50,028 nucleotides of DNA, taken from assembly GCF_000281045.1 (NCBI RefSeq), contig NW_008246115.1, positions 317,438 to 367,465 on the forward strand, given 5' to 3'. The notes beneath the pieces were generated by a model. It saw only the letters and a list, made by a program, of their open reading frames with translations. It was not told where the DNA came from and made no database searches. Source of the DNA: Saprolegnia diclina VS20 (lineage: Eukaryota). Of the stretch, positions 12,756 to 23,812 are shown piece after piece. The number at the start of each line of letters is the position of its first letter. Position 1 is the stretch's first letter. The translations under genes were made by a program, and so were the position numbers.

Positions 12756-13937
12756 TCAGACCATGTGCACCGTGTCGTTCGACTTGGCGGTTGGGATCTT
12801 CTCGGGCTCGGCTTCCGAGTCACTCGAGGCCGCTGAGACACTGAGGCGCTTCTCGCCAACCTTGCCGCTCTCGATCGGCGGTGTGTAGTCGTAGCAGCGA
12901 AGCCGGACGTTGGCGTTGTAGACGGCCGTGCCGTAAAAGAGGAGGAGCATGCCGCCGAGCTGGAGCCAGCTCCACGGCGTCCACGGCTCGCCATACTCGT
13001 GCGTCGTCGCGACATAGTACGTAAAGAGACTCGCGAGCCAAACCGCGACGGGGCGAAAGTTGACGAGGATCGAGCGCCACACTGAGTCGAGAAAGTACGT
13101 GACGTAGATGGACGCAATGTTGAAGCCCGTGATCGAGACGATGTAGAGCGCGCAGACCTGCCGCAACGACGCGCTGTTGGTCATCATCTCAATCGAGTCG
13201 AAAAAGTCTTCGATGCGGCCGTTGTCGGCGCCCGGAAGCACGTACGCGAGCGGCAGGACAAGCACGAGCATGAGCAGCGAGCCCCAGAGACCTTCCATGC
13301 CAATGACGACCATGGGCGGGTTCGAGACCTCGGTCACACCGGCCGTCTTGGCGCCCTTCTTCATGTAGTACTCTTCGCTTACGTACTGCAGCGCGGTCGA
13401 GAGGCATGCGAGCAGCATGACGCTGACGCCAATGATCGTGTCGCCGAGGTTTTCCGTGCCGGCAAGCGCCGACGCGCTAATGACAACGATGGCGACCGCG
13501 TTGATTGCGATACCGAGGCGCATGTAGCCCGTCATGACAAAGTGCAGAAAGAGCACCTTGAGCGACGCGACGTAGATGATGACCGTGCACCGCGCAAGCT
13601 GGTAAAAGCTCACATTGACGTAGAGCAAGCCGACGCAGTTGAGCGCGGTCGAGACGAGGTCGGCAGCCGCGGGAATGCAGAGCTTGAGCGCAGCGTCGAG
13701 GCGGAGCTGCTGGCGCTTATCCTTTGGGAGGCACAGCTGGTAGACAAAGTAGACGGGCAGCGCGAGCGCCATGGCCACAAACATGAAGAACGTTTGCATG
13801 AGCGGCTTCTCGAAGGGCTTGGGCGTCGCTTCGAGGCCGACGCTCTGGATGCCATACATAAACTTGGACGAGAGGGTCGTGCTTGTGCCCAGCAGCAGCG
13901 CGCAGCCGAACGCGATGGCACCAGCCTTTGCCGCCAT
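12756..13937 (-). CDS. DMT-superfamily transporter, SLC35F6-like (copy 2, intronless)
   Basis: Single ORF collinear with copy 1 (FEKPLMQTFFMF, PAAADL, QYVSEE, IGMEGLWG, FLDSVWRSILVNFRP). Confidence 0.88.
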   Translation of the reverse strand: MAAKAGAIAFGCALLLGTSTTLSSKFMYGIQSVGLEATPKPFEKPLMQTFFMFVAMALALPVYFVYQLCLPKDKRQQLRLDAALKLCIPAAADLVSTALNCVGLLYVNVSFYQLARCTVIIYVASLKVLFLHFVMTGYMRLGIAINAVAIVVISASALAGTENLGDTIIGVSVMLLACLSTALQYVSEEYYMKKGAKTAGVTEVSNPPMVVIGMEGLWGSLLMLVLVLPLAYVLPGADNGRIEDFFDSIEMMTNSASLRQVCALYIVSITGFNIASIYVTYFLDSVWRSILVNFRPVAVWLASLFTYYVATTHEYGEPWTPWSWLQLGGMLLLFYGTAVYNANVRLRCYDYTPPIESGKVGEKRLSVSAASSDSEAEPEKIPTAKSNDTVHMV

Positions 13938-14006
13938 CGTCGTCGGTGCAAAAGTCAAAGTCCGCTCAATGGGATGCTACATCGACCGGCCCGTCTGGCC
14001 TTTCGT

Positions 14007-14122
14007 CCAATCACACGACGCGTCACCGAGATACGCGCTTTTGATTGGTCGGCTGATGCGATGTTCTGAAGATCCCCACGGCGCTTCACAATCGGCCACA
14101 ATTTGATTGCATTTTGGCCAAT
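14007..14122. promoter_or_regulatory. CCAAT-box cluster upstream of transporter copy 2
   Basis: CCAAT at 14007, ATTGG at 14044 and CCAAT at 14118, 70-180 bp upstream of ATG 13937. Confidence 0.5.
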
Positions 14123-14369
14123 CAAACGTCGTGCTTCGTTGGTGGCGTGGGGCAGAAATGCCGAATTCCAGTGAAATTCGGACTTTTGCGGTGTCTATTC
14201 TGGGACAAGCCTGAACGAGGATGTCATGGCGACCGTCGATGCGGTCGATCGGTACAATCCCACGGCGCTACCGCCTCACTCCTCTGCAGACGTCCGAACG
14301 TTGCGGCAGGACGTGAGCAAGAGCCGAGCGCATCAACCATAGGGTTCATAGGGACTGGGAAAAGCGCAG

Positions 14370-15094
14370 TTAAATATGGCTGGGAAGCACCTGGAAGAAG
14401 TGCGTGTAGGCGGGCTGCCCGGGCGCGGTGGCGACGGGCTTGACGCCGACGATCGTTTGGCAGTCGGAGCACACGACTGCGTAGTAGGCTTCGTCGTCGC
14501 TGCCGCTGCACGACGTCTGCAGCTTGTTTTGCTCGTAGTAGTAGACAGTCTCCTTCTGGACGCGGCAGTTGACGGGCTTCTCCGAACGGTACTGCGTCTC
14601 GTAGCGATCGTGCCTAGCAATATTTCCATCGCATCCGGCAGCAAGGTGACAGTCGTACCGTTGGCTGGCATAGCAGACGACGAGAAAGCAGCACGGGCAG
14701 CTCAACGCAGCGTCCTTCGGTGCGTCCGACGCGCCACCTATGACAGGTCTATGGCATGAGACGCGACAGCCACGTCGTCGTCGCACGTACGCAGGTTCTC
14801 CTTGACGTAGACCTCATCTTCGTCGTCCAGGGTCTCACCATAGAGCTCGTCGGGCACGGGCGGCGCGTTCTCGTCGTCGCTCTCGTCGCTGTCAAGGTCG
14901 TCGCCTGGATGCTTGGCCGTGTCGCAGGGCATGGCCTCGTCCGCCGGCGTCGCAAACTCCGGCGTCGGGCTCGCCGGGTTGGCGAAGCGCACTGGGCGCG
15001 TGTAGTCGCTGGCGAGCGTGCCCGCTTCGCGCGAGAGGTCGATGCGATCGAGGGCCGCGAGGAGCTCGGTAACCTTGTCGTTGAAGGTGGCCAT
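14370..15094 (-). CDS. EAPP: E2F-associated phosphoprotein homolog
   Basis: Acidic DELY..DDEDEVYV segment, then DAALSCPCCFLVVCYASQR-H-DRYETQYR..VNCRV, VVCSDCQTIVGV and HFFQVLPS, matching the Eapp_C pattern. Two short introns. Confidence 0.8.
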
Positions 15095-15180
15095 GGTGGA
15101 ATGGTCCGAATCCGGATAATTTCTGGTAACGTGCCCAATCATCCGGAAGCCCGGTCTCTTCGCTTGCCAAAGCCGTGACG
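15095..15180. promoter_or_regulatory. Putative bidirectional promoter, EAPP / TBC gene
   Basis: 86 bp between divergent ATGs, with a central CCAATC at 15135. Confidence 0.5.
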
Positions 15181-17730
15181 ATGCTAACGCAGCTCAAGCG
15201 AGCGACCGAGAACGGTGCGATTGACGCGATGGCCGTCGCCAAGGCGCTGCTTGGCGCCGACTTCATCTCGCTGGCCGACTGCTGCTATGCATGGCCGGTG
15301 CTTGTGGCGTCCGTCAAGGTGGCCACGCCCACGTCGTCGCTGCAAGCCAGCGCGAGCATGCTCGCACCGTTCTTCGCCACGCCGCACCAATTCCACATCG
15401 AGTACATGCACGTAGGCGGCTTCGTACAAAGCGATGAATCCTCTTGACGACGCGTATCGTAGGGCCTTGGCCGTGTCAGCGACGTCCTCCTGCAATGGAC
15501 AACGAACATGGACGTAGCTGGGCGTATGCTGCACGTGCTCGTGCACCAGCTCGTGCCCGACTACTTTACGAGCGCAATGGTTGGCCTCGAGAACGACTGG
15601 AAGTTTGTCTACGGCGTTGTGCACCACTTTGACCCGCGGCTCGGCCCGCACCTCGCCGGTATACCGAGCCTCTTCCTGCCGTCCTATCGTCGCCGCTCAT
15701 CTTTGTGCTCTAGCGATCCACGTCGCCTTGCCCGACGTGCTGGCCTCGGTGCGCCTCGATGCCTGGTGTGTGCAGGAGCATAATGAACTCTTGTGTGTGT
15801 AGTGGAGCTACCGCCTCTTTGTCGACGTGTTGCACCCGACGATCGTCCGACACGTCTACACCTGGGTCCTCGCTGAGGCTGTGACCTCCCGCGCCCGGTC
15901 CAAGTGGCTCGTCTCGCTCAGCGCCGCGCTCTTCCTCTACCTTGGTGACGCGCTCCTCTCGGTGGCCGACGCGCCGAGCTTCCACGTCGTCCTCCGGCAC
16001 TTTTGCACCGTGACGCTTGGCGACGAGGCCATCGCGAAGGCGTTCCTTGACGTTGCCGTGACGCTGCATGGCTACATCAAAGCACCGTTCCCGCCGCTGC
16101 GCCTCCAGTCGCCACCAGATGAACTCTCGAGCGGCCGGCTCTTTGTGCGGCCCACCGAGGCGGCCACACTGAGCCTCGCGCCAACGCTGCACCCGTGGCC
16201 ACCGGTCGGCGCTACCTCGCTCTGCTCTTGTCTTGACGATATACGTGGCTAAGTAGGCTCGGGACGGCGCGAGCTGTGCGCGGTACCTCCACCACCGGCC
16301 ACGAGCGTTCTCGGACATTGAAGCCAGCATTGAAAAAGACATCCCACGCACCTTTGTCGTACCACCCGAGGCCGGACCGGCGCTCACGCGCGTCCTCACC
16401 AGCTTTGCGATTCGGTGTCCGCGCATTGGGTACTGCCAGGGCATGAACGAGATCGCGGCCGTGCTCCTATCGTCGGCCAAGATGGACGAAGAGAAGGCGT
16501 TTTGGGCGCTGGTCTACCTCCTCGAAGACGTCTTGCCCGAGTACCATACGCACTCGATGGCCGGTCTGCACACGGACTGCAGTCTTCTCCAGTCATGGCT
16601 GTTACGCAACGATCCGTACCTGAGCCAGCACTTGGCCGCGCTCGGCCTCAACATGGAAGTGCTCTGCACCGCGGTACCCTACCCCTATGAAATTGCAAGT
16701 GCAAAGTGGCAATGCCTAGTGGCTCGTCACGTGCTTTGTGACCAGCGCACCGGCTCCGTTTTACCAGCGCTTGCTGGCCGCGGTCTTTGCCGCACCATCG
16801 GCGCAGAGCGCGTCACGCATTCCGCTCGTGACGGCGCTGGCGATCCTGCTGCATCTCTCGCCGCAGCTTACGCTCGAGCGCGAAGCCGGCGTTGTACTAC
16901 GGCGGCTCAAGCTCTTCTTGAGCTCGTTGGCGACGCCCGAGACGGCCTCGTCGTTTTTGGAAATGTGCAGTGTGCTGTGGGCCCAACTGCCGCCACCCGA
17001 GCTCTCGTCGGCCCGCGATGTCCACTTGAGCTCGGTTCACGCAGCTTTTGATGCCCGTGAGTCCAAGAAGGCCGCGCTGCGCGAGCAAAAGCTGACGCCG
17101 TCCAAAGCCATGGTGACGTCGTCCCGACGCCGGTTTGGCCTCGTGCCCATGCCGTCCCCGCCCAAGTCCCCGATCCGCAAGCTCGGCGAGTCGGTGCGCA
17201 AGAACTTTCGGATACCGCGGTCGTCGGACGACGACGACGACGGAGACAGTGACGCGTCGGACGCGACAATCTCGGTCCGACAACACCTCGAGACAACCGC
17301 GCAGCTGTACGAAAGCGAAGCCATCGATGCCGACGAGCTGGACGCGATCCAGCGACGCATTTTAACCGCATGGCTCGACGCGCTTCAGACGCCCGCGCAC
17401 GTTGCGGACCGCGTGACGCAACTCAAAAACGCGATCGACCCAACGCCCGTCGATGAGTTTGAGCCGGTTGTCGAGACGCCCAAGAAACGAGGGTACGGGT
17501 GGCACCGCGCAAAAGCCAAGGTGACGGCACTGGGCGCGCGGCTGCGACCAAAGGCGATGCCCAAGCCCGACGACCGACGGGCATCGGCACCTCGCGCCAT
17601 GTCGTTGACGCTGAGTCCGACGGCGCTCACGTTAGACGTGATTGGCAACGGGATCTACGAGGACGACCAGCGCGTCGCCAGGAAACTCGAGCTCATGTCG
17701 CACTCGCTCTTTGACGAAGCAGCCCATTAG
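15181..17730 (+). CDS. Rab GTPase-activating protein with a degenerate N-terminal TBC-like domain plus an intact TBC domain (multi-exon)
   Basis: Catalytic motifs IEKDIPRT (about 16329) and GYCQGMN (about 16428), then EEKAFWAL. An N-terminal paralogous segment reads LVPDYFTSAMVGLENDW..DPRLGPHL. Confidence 0.82.
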
Positions 17731-18616
17731 GCGCGTGTGAATATAGCATTTTCTACGCTTTCGAAAGACTCATTAACTGTGTTTGTTGGGGATGAATTTC
17801 CGGTAGCTCATTTGAGGTTCAGGTCTCGCTGTTTGGATTTCTCGTCGTCCGGAAAGTGTCGGGTGTCGCGGTCAACTTGGTCGGGAGTTCAGTGACGACG
17901 AGTACAAGGCGCCTCTGAAAGCACTTGCGACGGGCGTCGTCCTCTTCTTGGATCCGGGCTGGTCGCATTTGGCAACCGAAGCCACCAAGCGCCACCTGCC
18001 CTTGATGTGCGATTTTGAAGAGATCGAGCGATACTCGGACGAAGATGCCAACTACTGTGAGCTGCCCACAGGCGGGCGTGACGCCGTCCGTGTCATGTGA
18101 CGTCTCTAGTTTTGCGCGCTAACTCGTGCATGCATGTCTTCCCTTTGCCTTGACAACGACGACGCCGGATTAAGAAAATTCTCTTGAATTCAGCCCTTGC
18201 ACTATGTTTTAAAGGAGTTTTTCGGTCGGGATTGTCCCACGTGCTGCCACGTCATCGTGGTGTGGTCGACCAACAAGTATTACCAAAAGAGCGCTTTGTC
18301 TCTGGATGTTGGCGAAGACCCAGCCGCGCGCCCAGTACAGGTATATAGCATTGTGTTGCGAGCATATAGCAGCGCAATGGTTGCTCCGGGTATAACTTCC
18401 GACCCACGGCAGGCTCCAACCTTACGCCATCGGTGAGAGATCGTACAAAATGGATTCAAGCGTAAGGGCGCCGCCGACGCATTGCTGAAAGTCGACAACT
18501 GAATTGCAAGTCCCTCACGCTGGCTCTTGAGACGAATTGCTTGGTTGGTCTAACGTTAGTCCGATGCGATGGCGATGATTGCCGCCCATCTGGTCTAGTC
18601 AGCCTTCTTCCGTTTG

Positions 18617-18654
18617 ATTGGCTAAAATACCAACCGGGTAAAGCGTGCTATTGG
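18617..18654. promoter_or_regulatory. Paired CCAAT boxes upstream of the OSCA gene
   Basis: TGATTGGCT (ATTGG at 18617) and ATTGG at 18650, just upstream of ATG 18681. Confidence 0.5.
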
Positions 18655-18680
18655 CCGATTCCATCACATTCGCCGTTGCC

Positions 18681-21600
18681 ATGGCGCTGCACAGAACGCG
18701 GGCCATGCTACCGACGCTGCTGGCAATGGTGGTGGCGCTCGCCGCTGCCGACGTCGTGACGCTGCATGTCCCCAGTGGCAGCGTCTACGGCTTTGTCAAC
18801 GACCACATCAATGCATCCATCTGGTCGCCGGCGAACGTGACCAACGACCTCCTCATCGCGCTCTCGCTGTCGGCCAACGACACGCGCGCGATGCCAACGA
18901 TCGCACCGTCGCCACTGGTGCTGCGGACAGGCCAAACGAACGTCAACTTTACCATCACGGGCGCGTTGCCCGGGCGGTACCCACTGAGCTACAAGCTCGT
19001 GTCGCTTGTCTCGGGCAACACAACGTACGAGCTCAGCGCCGAAACGCTCGTCGTATTCATCGTCAACGACCAGTGGCAGAGCACGCTATCGCAGTTTGGC
19101 ATCAACGTAGCCCTCGTGGTCGCTGGCGTCGGTATTTTCCTCTGGCGGCGCGGTGCGAAGCGCGACTTGTGGTTTTGGGGCGCCCCGATCGAAGGCGTCT
19201 TTGAGCCTGATCCGTTCCGAAGCGACGAGGCCATGCCGTCGCCGCTGGCGGCGCCCACGTGGCAGGAGCGCGGACGCCGATTCTGGCGCCTCGATTGCGA
19301 TGACGCGTACATTGTCGACGCGTGCGGCGTCGACGCCGCGCTCTTCTTGCGCTTCAACCTCGACGCAGCCAAGCTCTTTAGCGCACTCACAATCTTGAGC
19401 TGCGCGCTCCTCTTGCCGATCGTACGACGCCCACTTTGCACTTGCATCCAGTATTTCATACACTGTATTTGTATAGAATTTTGTATCGGGCGACGGGCCG
19501 ACAACGTCGTCGCAGCAAGCCACGATCGCCAACGTGCCAGTGCAAAGCCCGTACTTTTGGGGCCATGTCGTCATGTGCTACCTCACGGCCGGCGCCGTCC
19601 TCTTCTTTGTGTTTCGGTACAGTAGTTTATAGAGGCTTCTTCCGAGTCAACATATTTTGTAGGCAGAACCGCCGGCTCGAGTACTTACACATGAACGACA
19701 CGACGCTGATCGGCCCCCGCAGCGTCTTTATCCAAGCCGGTTTGCCACTGGACGTGACGCGCCATGAGCTGCGGCAGTGGTTTCTTGCTGATTACCCAGA
19801 GGTACAAAGCCTCAAGTCTCGTTAAATGAATCTGTGTGCTAGGACATCGATCAAGTCACCGTTGTCGCCGATCTCAGCAAGGTGTATACCGTCTTGGGAC
19901 AGCGCATGAACTGGCGCAACGACCTCCAGCGCCTCGAAGCCATCTACATGTCGCCGTCGTTGACGCTCTCGCCTTGGCTGCGCTACTGCCCTGGCGGCGC
20001 ATGCTGCCCGTCGCCAACAGACATTTGGTTTGACTACCTTGCGCGCCGGCCGTGTCGCTCCCGTCGGGATGCCGCCTCGCGACCGCTGCAAGAGCCGCTG
20101 CTCTCCGACAGCGGTGGCTCGCCCAAGGCTGACGTCATCGGCGACGATGAGGCGAATGAGATGGTGCCGCCTCGTATTTTGGCCAAAGTCACTGCGTTGC
20201 GCGCCCAGCTCGCCGCCGTCCCCGAGGTATAGTTGATCATGGAAATCGATGACGTCATCGCATATATAGGACATTTTAAACAGCTATGCACGCCGCACGG
20301 GCACGGGCGCGGCGTTTGTCGTCTTCAACTCGGTGGGCTTGCGACAGAATGTCTACGATCTGATTGGTCTGATTGGCTCAGAACCGCGCCCGCGATCAAT
20401 TTCTGGACCGGTTTCGACAGACACAAGCACCCTTATCGCAGTGTGTGGCGTCGACCGCCGCGACCTTGTGCCGCCGCCGGCCGCGCCGCGCCACCGTCGA
20501 CTCGTCCGGCCCGTCCCGTAGAGACAACTTGTCTCGATAATGGCTCACATATCGTAGGCTTGGCCCGGCACCTGACTGACCTTGTGGTGCATCCTGCGCC
20601 CGAGCCGCACGATCTCAAGTGGTCTAAAATGGTACGCAGCGTTCAATCCACGCCAACGTACTATCGAAGATTGGTATAGACGTATCGTCCACAGTCCCTC
20701 CGTCGTTTCTGCCAGTTTGGCTTGTACCATGCGCTCACGGTGGTGCTGCTATTGCTCTTCTCGACGCCGGCGTCGGTGCTGCTCTACTTCAACCTGCAGC
20801 CAGGCAGCGACGTGTATGCACGGGTCCTGACGCCCGACTCGCTCTTTGCCGGGTTTCTCCATACGTACTTGCCGACGCTCTTCCTGGTGCAGTCACGATG
20901 AATGTTGGAAACTATTGCCTGATATACACATCTTTATGTAGGTGTGCGTCAACTGGGTCTTGCTCACGGTGCTCTTTTACGTGTCGTTTCTCGAACCGTG
21001 GTTCACCGAGTCGCGCCGCATGCGCAGCTTTCTCTCCAAAGGCTTTGCCTACCTCTTTCTCGTACGATTTTTTCCTCTCCGATCTGATTTGTCGGATTTT
21101 GTGATTTTAGAGTTCGATTTTGTTTCCATCGATCGGCGTTACGGCTGTGTACGCCGCGACAAAGTCTTCGTCGCAGGTGGCGTTTGGTGGCACGTCGTCC
21201 CGGGAAGTCAAGTACGTCAACGATTTTCTGTACAAGCTGTGCAGCAATTTCTTTGTCGGCTACATTCTGCAACTGTACGACCCTACCCCTACACGGTCTC
21301 GCTATAGAAACGGTCTAGGACCTGCCTCGGGTCGCTCACGCAGCTGCTTCGTATCGGCGAAAAATTGTTTTACCAGCCATGGTAGTCCATTTTTGCTCGT
21401 TTTACAGTCCCAAAGTCGACTTGAACCATTAGGGTCATTTCCCGAGCGGTCACCACGGATGAGGTCCACGCCGCGCGCGAGCCATGGCCTTTTTACTTTG
21501 GCTACGACTATGCCGTTCTACTGAGGTACTACATTCCTGCTAACATGTACATATTGTCATGTACCTAGCGTCTTTACGATTGGGCTCCTGGGCTCGGTGC

Positions 21601-22302
21601 TGTCGCCGTACCTCGTGCCATGCGCGGCCGTCTTCTTCTTTGCCAAGTACTATGTCTCCAAGTACAATTTTGTATACGTGCATCCCACGACGCCGGGCCG
21701 CGGCAACGTTGCTCGCGCTGCGTACTCGCTCGCCCTCGTCTGCCTCCTCCTCTTTGAAGTAGATGATTTCACGGTGCATGATGGAGCCGCTCATGGTTTT
21801 CGTTAGCTGGCGATGACGAGCATTCTGTCGCAAGTCGGCAACGCCAACCAATGGCTGGCACTCGTGCTGTTGACGTGCGCCACACTCGGTGTCTTTGTCT
21901 ACTGGTGCGAAACTGGACCAATCTTGTCCATATTGTGCACACGCAACTAGGCGCGTCGTGGTGTACCGCGCCCTCGAGACAGAGACGAATCCGAGTCGAG
22001 TTGACGTCGAGGCGCCAACGACGCAGCTGCGGCGGCAGCAGTCGATGGAGCTCTCACGCGCGCTGTTTCACGCGCACAGCTTGAGCGAGATGGAAGCCCT
22101 CGTACACGCTCGCCCAACGCAAGCGTACATCAACCCGTACGACGTCGGCCTCCACATGCTCTCGGTGCTGCACCGGATCCAAGCACTGCGAACCGCCAAG
22201 CTGCGCGACGCCTTTAACCGGTTGGGGCAACAGCCAGAGGGTTCGCCTTCGGTGGCAACGACGGCCGCGACAAATGATCTCTCCGAAAGTCTACTGTCGT
22301 AA
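18681..22302 (+). CDS. CSC1/OSCA/TMEM63-family calcium-permeable stress-gated channel (multi-exon)
   Basis: Motifs CGVDAALFLRF, QATIANV, RSVFI, GAAFVVF, PAPEPHDLKW, EPWFTES and FFAKYYVSKYNFVYV; N-terminal signal peptide; TAA at 22300-22302. Confidence 0.88.
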
Positions 22303-22320
22303 ATACAAGCGCATCGTACT

Positions 22321-23712
22321 GGGGTTAACCTCGTGTTTTCTTGGGGCAGGTTTTGGTCGAGCTTTTTGGTTGAGGTTTTGCATTGGGGTAGCGTGCAATC
22401 TAGCGGTGGGATCGCGTACTACGTGTGACGTAGTTTGGACTCGTCGGTGGACGGGGTCATGTGCATTGAGTTTCAACGTACCTGCCCCAAACCTCGGGTT
22501 TTCTTGGGGCAGGGTGTGGTTGGTCTATCTGGTTGAGGTGGGGCATAGTACCGGTGGGCCATCTAGCCGTCTTTCTGCGCAGTGGTTTGATTCGTGTAGA
22601 AGGTTTGCGCAGAGTGCCATCGAGCTTTTTGATTCCAATTTGGTTTCGGGGCCGCGTGCAACCTAGCGGTATGTCTGTGTCGTAGCTTGGACAGTGTGGA
22701 TGCCTTCCACCCTCACGGGCTCTTGTACCTTCCTACTGCAAACACGCATTCACATGGCGAATGTGTGATGGACGCGTGCGACGGACGGACCTCCGCTTCG
22801 TTACGATGCCCAGCGGACCGCTGCCGGCCTTCAGCCGGAAACGAAACTGCGGTGCACCTGGTGGACTCTTGTAGGGGTCCAGTGGAAACAAAGTCAAATT
22901 CATTTTCCATTGTGCAGTGAGGGTGCTGCATCGTCCCAATCTCGCTTAGATGTGGGTTGTTATTGTTACCGGGAAGAGTTATTTCTTAGCCACTTCCACC
23001 TTCGCATCATTTCAGCACTCGGGTCCAATACTGCATAGCAGGACGCTTCACGCACAACAGCTTGCTGCAGCATCGCGAAATGATCAACATTGCACGATGT
23101 TTTACGTTCATGAGGTGGTTTAAAGAATCGCTACTCGGATTTGAAGGCCCAGCACATCCACTGTGGCAGGCCCCATGGACGCGTACGCTTCGCCAGGAGT
23201 CGCAATGGCGGTTGCCATCGACGCCTTGCTTCGCTGCCGTCACCTCTGCCTCCGTGATCTTCTGCTTGAGCTCCTTGGCCTCCTCGGTCAGAGTAGATGT
23301 CGCCAGGGCGCATGCAGCTTGACGCATCTGCTGCTCGCGCTTGCGCTCGGCCCCAGAAGCTGGCGTCCCCACTATGACCTGATCTTCTGCTCCGTGCGTG
23401 GCGCGCAATAAAAACCTGCAAACCAAACGTAACACAGATGCGATCCTAACAGAGTGACCTAATACTTTGACCTAACACAATGCAACAAAGCTTCAGGTCC
23501 CGCACTATCGCACAGGACCCATCGATACCAAATGCACACGCTACGCTCGTACATTGCGCTATCGCGCACATTATCCTACCGCGCTGCCGTGCACTATCGC
23601 AAGTGCACACGCTACGCTCGCGCATAGCATATTAACCGACCGCTCGGACCCCAGCTATCGCTGGGTGCACTCGCTACGCTCGTGGTTTGCGCTATCGCGC
23701 AGGACCCGGCTA
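22321..23712. mobile_element. Probable transposon-like insertion (one end visible; runs into the gap)
   Basis: Present after ...GCATCGTACT in copy 1 but absent at the same point in copy 2 (24905). Contains direct and inverted repeats (TTGGGGCAGG / CCTGCCCCAA) and short reiterated motifs at 23500-23712. No recognisable transposase. Confidence 0.45.
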
Positions 23713-23812
23713 NNNNNNNNNNNNNNNNNNNNNNNNNNNNNNNNNNNNNNNNNNNNNNNNNNNNNNNNNNNNNNNNNNNNNNNNNNNNNNNNNNNNNNNN
23801 NNNNNNNNNNNN
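23713..23812. other. Assembly gap (100 N)
   Basis: Run of exactly 100 N. Confidence 0.99.

Noticed and set aside
23007..23435. Transposase ORF inside the insertion
   Set aside because: No DDE, HTH, RT or tyrosine-recombinase motif is recognisable; left unassigned.
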